This document shows, one piece after another, positions 53,578 to 63,075 of a stretch of DNA of 64,000 nucleotides. A program made the translations under genes and the position numbers. Where the stretch lies: contig DCVE01000014.1 of assembly GCA_002328025.1 (NCBI GenBank), positions 5,882 to 69,881 on the forward strand. Reading direction: 5' to 3'. The stretch's first letter is position 1. Each line of letters begins with the position of its first letter. Under the pieces are notes generated by a model. The model saw only the letters and a list, made by a program, of their open reading frames with translations. It had not been told where the DNA came from and did not search any database. The DNA is from Patescibacteria group bacterium UBA2196. Its GTDB lineage: Bacteria; Patescibacteriota; Patescibacteriia; UBA2196.

Positions 53578-54588
53578 ATGGAATCTCAGTTTAATGTGCC
53601 AGTGCCAGTGCATACCGTTCTGAAAGTTTCGGAAAGGTGTAATCTGGGTTGTGTCGGGTGCTATTATAAAAGACACATGAGAAATAGACCGAGCACTATA
53701 GACCCAGTAACCACTACGTTACTTTTGGCCAAGAAAATAAAAAAATACAACGATAGCTTCCAGAAACCTTCGGACATCATTCTGCATGGCGGAGAACCAG
53801 GGTTGATTGGTCTTGGCCAGCTAGAAGAGATCGTTGACGGTATTCATCAGGCCGGAGCGGCCGTCAGTTTTGTCACCAACCTGGCCTTTGCCCGGCTCAA
53901 TGATCGTTGGCTTGCATTATTAGCCAGGTTCGATCATTTTGGCGTTTCTTTGAATGGGGACGAGAGGGGCAATGCCGGACGAGCATTTAAGAATGGTCGA
54001 GCTTCTTTCCCGCTTGTCACTCGAAACCTGAGGGCACTAAGAGAAGCTAAGGTTCAAAACTATGGCATTATCTGCACTGTCACCAGAGACAATGTCGGAC
54101 GTGGTTTTGACACAGCCATTTTTCTGCATAGCCTATGCACAGATGTAAAAATCCTACCCATGGATCAGCCAAATTTTAAGCCGATGGAGCTCGCCACTTT
54201 TTTAGAGGAGTCTCTTCGGGCGTTTTTGGTGCTTGATGATCCGGAATTTCGTCTGTCATCCGTAGATGAGGGGCTACGCCTTTTAAAGGGGATAGATCCA
54301 TTGAGCTGCACATTAAGCAGACAGTTCGCCTGTAAGTATAATATTACAGTAAAGTTGAACGGCGACGTATTGCCATGTGACTCAGTCGGGGTGGACCTAT
54401 TCCAGATCGGTGGGAATCTTTTCCAAACAGAAATGGATGAGATTCTATCTGGTCCAAAGTGGTCAGGCTTGATGCACCAATTTGAAAGCGCAAAAAAAAG
54501 TCAATTCCATTGCGCTTGTACCAATGGTGTTTACCTTGAGGCGTGGCAAAAATACGTGAATACCCTTAAGGAAACACTTGGAAGTTAA
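53578..54588 (+). CDS. Radical SAM enzyme with partial SPASM/twitch-like C-terminal domain (peptide-modifying maturase candidate)
   Basis: CNLGCVGCYY (CxxxCxxC), ILHGGEPGL, SLNGDER..NGRASF; C-terminal CKYNITVKLNGDVLPC (Cx9Gx4C) and HCAC; AGGAGG RBS. Confidence 0.8.
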   Translation: MESQFNVPVPVHTVLKVSERCNLGCVGCYYKRHMRNRPSTIDPVTTTLLLAKKIKKYNDSFQKPSDIILHGGEPGLIGLGQLEEIVDGIHQAGAAVSFVTNLAFARLNDRWLALLARFDHFGVSLNGDERGNAGRAFKNGRASFPLVTRNLRALREAKVQNYGIICTVTRDNVGRGFDTAIFLHSLCTDVKILPMDQPNFKPMELATFLEESLRAFLVLDDPEFRLSSVDEGLRLLKGIDPLSCTLSRQFACKYNITVKLNGDVLPCDSVGVDLFQIGGNLFQTEMDEILSGPKWSGLMHQFESAKKSQFHCACTNGVYLEAWQKYVNTLKETLGS

Positions 54589-54607
54589 CCAACTGAAAGG
54601 AGATTAG

Positions 54608-54724
54608 TATGACAGCGCTCAACGCTGCAGTGTTGCGTGTCATCGCCGAAAGCACCCACCCTCGCACGTGCCAAATTACTACCCATGACAAGGGATGGGA
54701 CAAAGATTGGGGCAAAAAGAAATA
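54608..54724 (+). CDS. 38-aa peptide MTALNAAVLRVIAESTHPRTCQITTHDKGWDKDWGKKK; candidate RiPP precursor, not in the ORF track
   Basis: AAAGGAG RBS 7 nt upstream; 20 nt after rSAM stop; Trp/Lys-rich C-terminus with W-x-K motifs; shares THDK-GW with the 79-aa ORF. Confidence 0.45.
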
Positions 54725-54832
54725 GGCGAGGAACACCATAGCACGAGGGCACTAAACAAATCACAAAAAAGATTTGTCCCTGGTGTCCTTTTTAATTAAA
54801 TATAAAAAATAAATTATAGCAAAAAAATATAG

Positions 54833-54866
54833 CAGGGTCTCTCATAGAGTACCCTGTATTTTTTTG
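54833..54866. terminator. bidirectional rho-independent terminator between the rSAM island (+) and thrS (-)
   Basis: cagggt-ctctcatagagt-accctg hairpin flanked by A-run upstream and T-run downstream. Confidence 0.6.
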
Positions 54867-54888
54867 ACAGTTTTAAATTTGCATTCCT

Positions 54889-56658
54889 TTACAACTCAAC
54901 TGTTTTATCATCAACCACCTTCTTGATATGCTCCATAAATTTTTCTTTTTCAAATTCCACGGTTTCTTTTTCCCCGCGTTTTCGGATTTGTAGTTTATCC
55001 GAGCCCATTTCTTTATCGCCGATCACCAGCATATAAGGAATTTTTTCTGCTACGGCTTTACGGATTTTATTGCCCACGGTTTCATTTTCATCCCAAACCT
55101 CCACCCTGATATTTTCATTTTTAAATTCTTGAGCTAATTTTTGGCAATGTGCGGCATGTGCTTCAGCGACAGAAATTATTACCACCTGTGTTGGAGAAAG
55201 CCATACAGGAAACGCCCCAGCATAACGTTCAATTAAGAACGCCATTGTTCTTTCTAGACAACCAATTGAAGAACGATGAATAACTATCGGTCTTTCTTGC
55301 TCTCCGTTTTTATTAGTAAAAAACAAGTCAAATCTTTCCGGCATCACAAAATCATATTGTACAGTAAAGGCAGTTTCTTCATTGCCAGAAATTTTTTTCA
55401 TTTGAATATCAATTTTTGGTCCATAAAATGCAGCTTCGTTGGCAGCTTCATAAAATGGCGCCTTAACTTCAGTCAAAACTTCTCGCAACACATTTTCGGC
55501 GTAATTCCAAGCCTCGTCATCTTTATAATATTTTTTAGTATCTGATCGATCGCCCAGTGAAAGGCGATAGCGATAATCAACACCTTTTACCAATCCCAAA
55601 GTTCCATTAATAAAATCTATTAATTCTAAAACCTCTTTAATAACTTGTTTAGCCTGATCTTTGGCCGAGATAATATGAGCATCAGCTAGACAAAACATTC
55701 TTACACGAGTTAATCCAGACAACTCACCACTTTTTTCGTAACGATATTGGTGAGCAATTTCACCAATACGATAGGGTAAATCACGATAACTGTGCATTTC
55801 AGATTTATAAAACATAAAATGGTGAGGACAAGTCATTGGCTTTAGAATCAATTCCTCATCGTCTATTTTCATAACTGGGTACATAGTGTCCTTATAGTAA
55901 GGATAGTGTCCAGATTTTTTATAAAGATCAACTTTTGCCAAATCAGGAGTGACCACATGATGATAGCCGTGTTTTATTTCTTCATCAATGGTGAATCTCT
56001 CTAGCTCTCTTTTAATAGTGGCCCCCTTTGGTCCAAACGTTGGTAAGCCTTTGCCTACTAAATCAGAAAATACGAAAAGTCCCAAATCTTTGCCCACAAC
56101 TCTGTGGTCTCTTTTTTTTGCTTCTTCTATATTTTTTAAATATTCACCAAGTTCTTTTTTAGATTCAAAAGCCGTGCCATAAATTCTAGTTAACATTTTA
56201 TTTTTCTCATCTCCATGCCAATAAGCGCCAGCAATTTTTAATAATTTAAAAGCTTTAATTTCGCCAGTTGAATTGACATGTGGCCCGGCGCACAAATCAA
56301 CAAATTCATTACCAACCCAATACACAGTAGCTTTTTCTCCCCGCGTTTCTATTTCATCCAGCCATTCTTCTTTATATTCATTGCTCTTAAATAACTCTCG
56401 CGCTTCGGCAACGGAAATTTCTTTTTTTGTAATTGGTAAATTTTCCGCAATAATTTTTTGCATTTCCGCTTCAATTTTTGGAAAATTTTCCTCGGAAATT
56501 TTTGTTGCTGAATCAAAATCAAAATAAAAGCCCTCGTCAGTAGCCGGCCCCATCGCCATTTTTATACTAGGATAAAGCTTGAGCATGGCCATTGTCAGCA
56601 CATGCTCGGCGCTATGGCGTAGTGCCCACAAACTGTCTTTGTGTTGTTCTTTAGACAT
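54889..56658 (-). CDS. thrS: Threonyl-tRNA synthetase (lacks N-terminal TGS domain)
   Basis: editing-domain HxxxH (LRHSAEHVL), class II core, anticodon-binding C-terminus. Confidence 0.9.
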   Translation of the reverse strand: MSKEQHKDSLWALRHSAEHVLTMAMLKLYPSIKMAMGPATDEGFYFDFDSATKISEENFPKIEAEMQKIIAENLPITKKEISVAEARELFKSNEYKEEWLDEIETRGEKATVYWVGNEFVDLCAGPHVNSTGEIKAFKLLKIAGAYWHGDEKNKMLTRIYGTAFESKKELGEYLKNIEEAKKRDHRVVGKDLGLFVFSDLVGKGLPTFGPKGATIKRELERFTIDEEIKHGYHHVVTPDLAKVDLYKKSGHYPYYKDTMYPVMKIDDEELILKPMTCPHHFMFYKSEMHSYRDLPYRIGEIAHQYRYEKSGELSGLTRVRMFCLADAHIISAKDQAKQVIKEVLELIDFINGTLGLVKGVDYRYRLSLGDRSDTKKYYKDDEAWNYAENVLREVLTEVKAPFYEAANEAAFYGPKIDIQMKKISGNEETAFTVQYDFVMPERFDLFFTNKNGEQERPIVIHRSSIGCLERTMAFLIERYAGAFPVWLSPTQVVIISVAEAHAAHCQKLAQEFKNENIRVEVWDENETVGNKIRKAVAEKIPYMLVIGDKEMGSDKLQIRKRGEKETVEFEKEKFMEHIKKVVDDKTVEL

Positions 56659-56659
56659 A

Positions 56660-56900
56660 TTATTATATTTTTAATTTATTAAAAATTTAAAAAACCCTCC
56701 AACCCAAAAATACTAAAATTAGTATCTATGGGACGGAAGGCTTTATTTTTTATTTAATAATTTATACCTTTCGCGGTTCCACCCAACTTCTCGCCTCATC
56801 GGCGAACACTTTTTAAAATTGTTTTGAGGCTTAGGGAATTTTTCCACCCATGTTTGGATGCAAGCTTGGTGAACCTGCCAATCACCTCATTTTGTACTTA
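56660..56900 (-). promoter_or_regulatory. T-box riboswitch leader of thrS (Thr specifier ACC)
   Basis: minus strand reads AAGTTGGGTGGAACCGCGAAAG (T-box core GGGUGGNACCGCG); upstream hairpin loop ttcACCAag; terminator hairpin + TTTTTT before the thrS ATG. Confidence 0.6.
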
Positions 56901-56904
56901 TAAA

Positions 56905-56933
56905 ATAATACAGCTGTTTTTGCCACTTGTCAA
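56905..56933 (-). promoter_or_regulatory. sigma70-type promoter for the thrS T-box leader
   Basis: minus strand TTGACA-17 nt-TATTAT. Confidence 0.5.
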
Positions 56934-58075
56934 TTTTTTACTTCAATCACTATATGATCGGCCATGCTGGGTACTGCCTTAACCCAAAATGGCCAGAACT
57001 TTACTTCTACATTTTTTATATTGTCATATTGATCAAAAAAATATTTGACACCATCTTTGTCCAGACCATAAAGTTTTTCTTTTTCAATTGTCTGCGGATT
57101 AAGCTCCTTTAAATTATAGGCCGAAAGTGAAGTTGTAACCCGTGCGGTCGTATCCACTAGATTATCCAACGTGTATTTAAAAGAATCTAAATTATAACTT
57201 ATTAAAGTAGTTTGGCTGGGCATTTGTTTTTTGTACTCATCTTTGGTTAGGCTGAGTAATTTTTCTTTATCCAAAGAAACAACAGTGACTTGTGCTTTAA
57301 TTGTAATGGTATATTTTTCCACTTCGTCGCCCTCTTTATTAGATATATTTTCTTCTAAAATTTTTTTATCCAAAAAAATTATATTTTGTTCGCTGTCTTG
57401 AATGCCTAATTTTTCTTTTATATCTTTATCCAAATCAGTTAAGGTCGTCTTTTGGGCAGCGGTTATTTCTTCTGTGCTAAGGCGACCAATTTTTTTAACG
57501 CCGCCGTTCATGACTGTGGTGGTTTTGCCATAAATCTTACTTTGTAAGGTTTCGCTCAGGCCCGGAATGGTAAAACTCGTTGGCGCGATGTCATATTTAT
57601 CACCGCTTTGGTCAGCCTCAACGGTGGCGGTTATTTCCTGCTTGGCCGGCACTGTCACGTTTTCTTGCAGACGAAAAATTAGACCATTGGGTGCCAAAAA
57701 TCTGGTGGTGGCAATCAATGTCTGGCTTTTATCATTATCATTTGTAATTGTCATTATACCCGTGGCTTTGCCGGGTTCAGTTTTAAAGTTTTGCACCTCA
57801 AAGTTTTTAACTATTTCTACTTCCTGGGTTGTAAGTGTACCGTTCAAGACCACCTCAGTTGAAGTTGTATTTAATGGGATATTAAAAGTAAAGCTTTTTG
57901 CCTCGGGGGCTTCTTTGGGTTCCAAAGTGATAACAGCTTTAGAAAGAGTAAAGTAAACAATTATCAAGGTTAAAAGGGAGGTCAAAACGATAAATGAAAG
58001 CGCTATTTTTTTATACGGTCTGTCGGGTAAAGAAAACTGTTCTTCTTGCCCGATCTCTTTGTTTTGTTTTGACAT
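56930..58075 (-). CDS. hypothetical membrane-anchored exported protein
   Basis: N-terminal TM (IALSFIVLTSLLTLIIVYFTL), Thr/Lys-rich extracellular part; between dnaE and thrS. Confidence 0.4.
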   Translation of the reverse strand: MSKQNKEIGQEEQFSLPDRPYKKIALSFIVLTSLLTLIIVYFTLSKAVITLEPKEAPEAKSFTFNIPLNTTSTEVVLNGTLTTQEVEIVKNFEVQNFKTEPGKATGIMTITNDNDKSQTLIATTRFLAPNGLIFRLQENVTVPAKQEITATVEADQSGDKYDIAPTSFTIPGLSETLQSKIYGKTTTVMNGGVKKIGRLSTEEITAAQKTTLTDLDKDIKEKLGIQDSEQNIIFLDKKILEENISNKEGDEVEKYTITIKAQVTVVSLDKEKLLSLTKDEYKKQMPSQTTLISYNLDSFKYTLDNLVDTTARVTTSLSAYNLKELNPQTIEKEKLYGLDKDGVKYFFDQYDNIKNVEVKFWPFWVKAVPSMADHIVIEVKN

Positions 58076-58091
58076 ATTTTTAATTTATTAT

Positions 58092-61000
58092 TTACGTAAA
58101 AAATTTTAATTCAACACTATTTATGCCGATCATCTTTTCCAGTGTCATTTTTATGTTTTCATTATAACTTATTTTATAATTTGTTTCAATTTTGCGACAG
58201 GTACCATTATGATTAACAATAATATTGACCTGCGTTTCGCCTGGCGAATTTAAGAAGACCTCCTTAATTTGATTGTGTATGATTGAATCAAAAAAACGTG
58301 GCAGTGTCACTTGAAGATATTGTTGCAATGGTTGTTTAGCTATTGGTTGATTATGATGTGTGGGGTTAGTATTATAAAATTGTCGTTGTACGTGGGAGTT
58401 GTTGTAGGAGTTTGAATTTTGTATTTTTTGAATGGCGGCAGGTGTTTCTTCAACAGTAAAATTACAACCATGTTCAACAATTATTTTTACTTCCTCGTCG
58501 CGATTGGAGATTCTTCCGTTTATAGCAATAAACTTTTCTGCTTCCCAAACTGATTCATTTTTTTTAAGCACACTTGGAAATACAATTAGTTCTATGCTGG
58601 TGGTCATGTCCTCAATGGTGACAAAAAGCATCAGCTCGTTTTTTTTGGTGAATATTTTTTTAACGTTGCTTATTAAGCCCAAACTCAAAATTTTTTCATC
58701 ATCACTTTTGTTTTTGATTTCGGTCAAGGTGGAAACCGTGCCATTAATTTGTAAAGCCACGGCGCTAAAAGGATGTGATGAAACATATAGACCCAAAAGT
58801 TCTTTTTCCCACGCTAATTTGTTTTGATCATTAGCTGCTGTGACTGGTTTTAAATTTAGTGGCGGCATTTTTTTTGGTCCGCTATTTTGATCATTAAAAT
58901 TAAAAAGAGAAAATTGTTTACTGTCTTGATCTTTTTTGCCGTTTTTTATGTAATTTAAAATTTGATCAATATTTTCTACCACCATATTTCTTTCAATCAA
59001 AGAATCCAATGCGCCACTTTTTGCCAACGCCTCCAAAGATTTTTTATTTAAATTACGTGAATGCACACGATTTAGTAAATCTTCCAAGCTTACAAAATTA
59101 CCATTTTCTTGCCGTTCTTTGATTAAAAAAGTAATAATATCGCTGCCTAAGTTTTTGATTGCTAAAAGTCCAAAGCGGATGGTTTGATCAGAAACATAGG
59201 TAAAACTATGAAAGGATTGATTTATATCGGGTGGTAGCACCTGAATACCCATTTTTTTAGCTTCATGAACCGTGGCTGCAATTTTTTCTGGTTCATCAAA
59301 TTGCATTGTCAAAACAGCAGTCAAAAATTCAGCTGGCCAATGGGCTTTTAGATAAGCAGTTTGATAAGCCACCAGACCATAAGAGGCGGCGTGAGCTTTA
59401 TTAAAACCATAGGCGGCAAACGGAGTGATGAGTTGCCAAAGTTCATTTGTTTTTTCTTGGGATAAATTATTTTTTTGACAACCATTTTTAAATTTTTCTT
59501 CCTGGGCTGCCATTTCGGCTGGAATTTTTTTACCCATGGCTTTTCTAAATTTATCAGCTTCTTCCCAAGTGTAGCCGGCCAGATTGATGGCGATCAAAAG
59601 CACGTCGTCTTGATAGGTGATAATACCATAAGACATATCCAAAATATCTTTAAGCCGTGGATCAAGATAGGTTATGGAGCTTGGGTTGTGTTTACGACGA
59701 ATGAATTCGGGAATAGATTCCATTGGTCCTGGGCGGTATAAAGCCACCATGGCCATGATGTCAAAAATATTGGTTGGTTTTAAATCTATTAAATATTTAG
59801 TCATGGCCGAACCGCCCAACTGAAAAAGTCCAATAGTTTGGCCACGTGCCAAAAGAGCAAAAGTGTTTTTATCATCAAGTGGAATATTATTAATATCCAC
59901 CTCAACGTTTTTTATTTTTTTTATTAGTTTTACCGCTTCGCCCAAAATTGAAAGATTGGTAATACCCAAAAAATCAAATTTTAATAAACCAGCTGCTTCG
60001 GAAGATTTCATTTCATATTGAGTTATTTTTTTGCGTCCGGCTGGATCTCTTTGCAAGGGCACAAAATTAGTTATTTTGCTTGGTGCGATTAAAGTTCCGG
60101 CCGCATGTACAGAAGAATGGCGTGCACAGCCTTCAATTTTTTGTGCCAAATCCAGTACCTGTTTGGCCCGTGGGTCGTTTTGATAAATATTTTTTAATTC
60201 CTGATTCATTTCCAGGGCTTTTTTTATTGTCATAGGAAAACCCTGCGAACCAAAGGGGATTAATTTTGATAAGCGATCGCCAAATTCATATGGCAAGCCC
60301 AAAACCCGCGTCACATCACGCACTGAACCGCGCGCCATCATGGTGCCAAAAGTACAAATTTGTGCCACCTTGTCGTCGCCATATTTCTGTTTGGCGTATT
60401 CAAATAATTCTTCGCGCCGATTATCGGCAAAATCCATATCAATATCCGGCGGTGTCGGACGAAAAGGATTTAAGAATCTTTCAAAGGGTAATTTAAATTT
60501 TAATGGGTCAATGGTAATAATTCCAATACAATAACTAACCAATGATCCAGCGGCCGAACCACGAGTGGTAACTACAATACCCTGTGTGCGCGCCCAATTA
60601 ATTAGGTCTGCCACAGTCAAAAAATATGGAGAATAACCCTTGCTTTTAATAACTTCTAATTCGTAGTTCAATCTGTCTTTATAAACTTGGCTTGGGGTTG
60701 AAATTTTTTCTTGTAATCCATTTTCAGCCTGTGTTCGTAATTCTTCGTCAGCAGTCTTGCCGCTGGGAATTTCTATAGTTGGAAAGTTCCATTTACCCAG
60801 ATCCAATTCTAAATTACACAGGTTGGCTATTTTTTGTGTATTGGCAATTGCTTCTGGTATGTGTTTGAATTTTTCTTCCATTACTTCTGGGCTGCTAAAA
60901 GAACAGTCAAATTCACGCATCGTCAAACGTTTGGGATCACTTAAAGTCGTACCAGTGTTGATGCACAAAAGCACTTCTTGTGCCTCAGCGTCTTCTTTAT

Positions 61001-61631
61001 CTATATAGTGGGCATCTTTGGTAACTATTAAAGGCGTTGCTGTTTTTTTGCCCAAGGCAATAATTTTTTCAAAAAGTTCTTCTTGACCATTTATATTTTC
61101 ACCCAGATAGACCATTTCCAAATAAAAATTTTCTACTCCAAAAATATCTTTGTATTCCAAGGTTAATTTTTCAGCTAAATTTATGTCACTACTCCTTAAA
61201 GCGCGAGCAATTTCGCCGGCCCAGCAGGCTGAAGTAGCAATTAATCCGCCAGAATATTTTTTTAAAACCTCTTTATCCAAACGTGGTTTATAATAAAAAC
61301 CATCAAGCTGGGCAATGGTAGCTAGTTCGATTAGATTGTGGTAACCAACCATGTCTTTAGCCAGAAGTATTAAATGTGCTGGCTTGTCATCAATTTTTGT
61401 TTTTTTATAAATCAATTTTCTGGGTGCTATATAAGTTTCTATGCCAATGATGGGTTTTATGTTGGCCTCTTTGGCTTTTTGATAAAATTCAATAGCGCCA
61501 TACATTGCGCCATGATCAGTTAAAGCCATGGCCGGCATTTTATATTCCACACATTTTTTTATATATTCCTTAATTTTTGGCAAACCATCTAAAAGGGAAT
61601 AATGTGAATGATTATGAAGATGGATGAACAT
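58092..61631 (-). CDS. dnaE: DNA polymerase III alpha subunit
   Basis: N-terminal PHP domain MFIHLHNHSHYSLLDG, polymerase core, OB fold. Confidence 0.95.
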   Translation of the reverse strand: MFIHLHNHSHYSLLDGLPKIKEYIKKCVEYKMPAMALTDHGAMYGAIEFYQKAKEANIKPIIGIETYIAPRKLIYKKTKIDDKPAHLILLAKDMVGYHNLIELATIAQLDGFYYKPRLDKEVLKKYSGGLIATSACWAGEIARALRSSDINLAEKLTLEYKDIFGVENFYLEMVYLGENINGQEELFEKIIALGKKTATPLIVTKDAHYIDKEDAEAQEVLLCINTGTTLSDPKRLTMREFDCSFSSPEVMEEKFKHIPEAIANTQKIANLCNLELDLGKWNFPTIEIPSGKTADEELRTQAENGLQEKISTPSQVYKDRLNYELEVIKSKGYSPYFLTVADLINWARTQGIVVTTRGSAAGSLVSYCIGIITIDPLKFKLPFERFLNPFRPTPPDIDMDFADNRREELFEYAKQKYGDDKVAQICTFGTMMARGSVRDVTRVLGLPYEFGDRLSKLIPFGSQGFPMTIKKALEMNQELKNIYQNDPRAKQVLDLAQKIEGCARHSSVHAAGTLIAPSKITNFVPLQRDPAGRKKITQYEMKSSEAAGLLKFDFLGITNLSILGEAVKLIKKIKNVEVDINNIPLDDKNTFALLARGQTIGLFQLGGSAMTKYLIDLKPTNIFDIMAMVALYRPGPMESIPEFIRRKHNPSSITYLDPRLKDILDMSYGIITYQDDVLLIAINLAGYTWEEADKFRKAMGKKIPAEMAAQEEKFKNGCQKNNLSQEKTNELWQLITPFAAYGFNKAHAASYGLVAYQTAYLKAHWPAEFLTAVLTMQFDEPEKIAATVHEAKKMGIQVLPPDINQSFHSFTYVSDQTIRFGLLAIKNLGSDIITFLIKERQENGNFVSLEDLLNRVHSRNLNKKSLEALAKSGALDSLIERNMVVENIDQILNYIKNGKKDQDSKQFSLFNFNDQNSGPKKMPPLNLKPVTAANDQNKLAWEKELLGLYVSSHPFSAVALQINGTVSTLTEIKNKSDDEKILSLGLISNVKKIFTKKNELMLFVTIEDMTTSIELIVFPSVLKKNESVWEAEKFIAINGRISNRDEEVKIIVEHGCNFTVEETPAAIQKIQNSNSYNNSHVQRQFYNTNPTHHNQPIAKQPLQQYLQVTLPRFFDSIIHNQIKEVFLNSPGETQVNIIVNHNGTCRKIETNYKISYNENIKMTLEKMIGINSVELKFFT

Positions 61632-61694
61632 AATTTTGGTTATTTTTTATCTTTATCAACTATATCTTATCAGACTAAAAAATGATTGACAAAT

Positions 61695-61735
61695 AAAAAA
61701 ACACACACCCAAAAGGGGAGTGTTTTTATATTTAA
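61695..61735 (-). terminator. terminator-like hairpin downstream of the 61757-62077 minus gene
   Basis: acactcccc-tttt-gggtgtgt on the minus strand followed by a T-run. Confidence 0.35.
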
Positions 61736-61756
61736 AATTAAAGCTAATTTTAAGGG

Positions 61757-62077
61757 TTATTTTTTATTTTTTACGGCTTTATCTGTTTTTTGTATCACGT
61801 TGCCATTATTATTTTTTTCATTTTTAAAATAACCAACTATTTTACTAATACCTTCAGCCGCCAGATTGATATACAAAGCTGTGTTTTCCAGTTTATCTTT
61901 GGCAGACTTTGTTAAATCGTCAAGCATTTTTAATTTTTTCTTAATACTTGTCGTGATTTGATATGCGCGGCGCATAATCATAATAACATAAAAAAGCCAC
62001 CAACTGGTAAAGATGGTCAGCCACAAGACGCAGAAAGCAATTATGATATAAAGTAGATCAAGCGAAGTTTCTAGCAT
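61757..62077 (-). CDS. small membrane protein (DUF948-like: TM + coiled coil)
   Basis: N-terminal TM helix and charged helical tail. Confidence 0.3.
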   Translation of the reverse strand: MLETSLDLLYIIIAFCVLWLTIFTSWWLFYVIMIMRRAYQITTSIKKKLKMLDDLTKSAKDKLENTALYINLAAEGISKIVGYFKNEKNNNGNVIQKTDKAVKNKK

Positions 62078-62184
62078 ATTTTTATTTTTTAAATTAAGTT
62101 TAATGTGGTGGATAAATTATACCATTTTATTTTATTTTAACAAAATTTGTGTTATAATAATTATTATTAAATTAATTTTTCCCC

Positions 62185-63045
62185 ATGTCCGAAATATTTT
62201 CCAAATGGTATTTAAGAATAGCTTATTTTTTTATTGCTAATCAGGTTGTTATTAAACGGGCAATTATTTTTATTTTTATATTTAGTAATATGCTTTTGTG
62301 GGGTTGGAGTATCGTGGCTTGGACTAACTATCTCACCAATACCGCGATACACAATAACACCATCGCGCTTATGCGTGAAAATTTAGTTAACTATGCCAGT
62401 TTTAAAGCCACCCACACTCCCTTAGAACCAGAGATTTTAGTTGCTTCAGCTGTGCCCAATGGTTTGGGTAAATATGATTTTTTGGCTAAAGTAAGAAATT
62501 TAAACATGAATTGGGCCATGACAAAAATTAAATATCGTTTTATTTATGCTAGTGGGGTAACTAGTGTTAGAGAAAACTTTTTATTGCCGGGCCAGGAAAA
62601 ATATCTTTTTGAATTTTTAGAAAATATTTCTGGAGCAGTGGGTGAAGCACATTTAGAGATAATGGAAATAAATTGGTGGCGAGTTAATCAGACAGAAGCC
62701 GATAAGATAACCGCCATTCTTAATGATCTTACCTTTACGGAAGAGAAATTTCAAACCGTCGCAGAAAATTCTGTTGTTTCTTTTAAGGCCAAAAATAATA
62801 CGCCATACAGTTTCTGGGAAACTGGGTATCAGGTTGTTTTATATAATGGTTCGCGACCTATGGCCATAAATTATCTTTTGGCCACCAATTTTAAGTCTGC
62901 CACAGAACAGCAATTGCAGGCTACTTGGTTTTCTGCGCTCCCAAGTCCCAGTCGTATCGAAATTATTAGTGATGCGAATTTATTAAACTCCCAAAGTTAC
63001 ATGTCCACTTATGATAATTTAATGAGACCACCCGGCCTTGAATGA
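62185..63045 (+). CDS. hypothetical membrane-anchored protein
   Basis: N-terminal TM, no recognised family. Confidence 0.35.
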   Translation: MSEIFSKWYLRIAYFFIANQVVIKRAIIFIFIFSNMLLWGWSIVAWTNYLTNTAIHNNTIALMRENLVNYASFKATHTPLEPEILVASAVPNGLGKYDFLAKVRNLNMNWAMTKIKYRFIYASGVTSVRENFLLPGQEKYLFEFLENISGAVGEAHLEIMEINWWRVNQTEADKITAILNDLTFTEEKFQTVAENSVVSFKAKNNTPYSFWETGYQVVLYNGSRPMAINYLLATNFKSATEQQLQATWFSALPSPSRIEIISDANLLNSQSYMSTYDNLMRPPGLE

Positions 63046-63075
63046 AATTTTAATTTGAGCTAGTATTGGTATATT

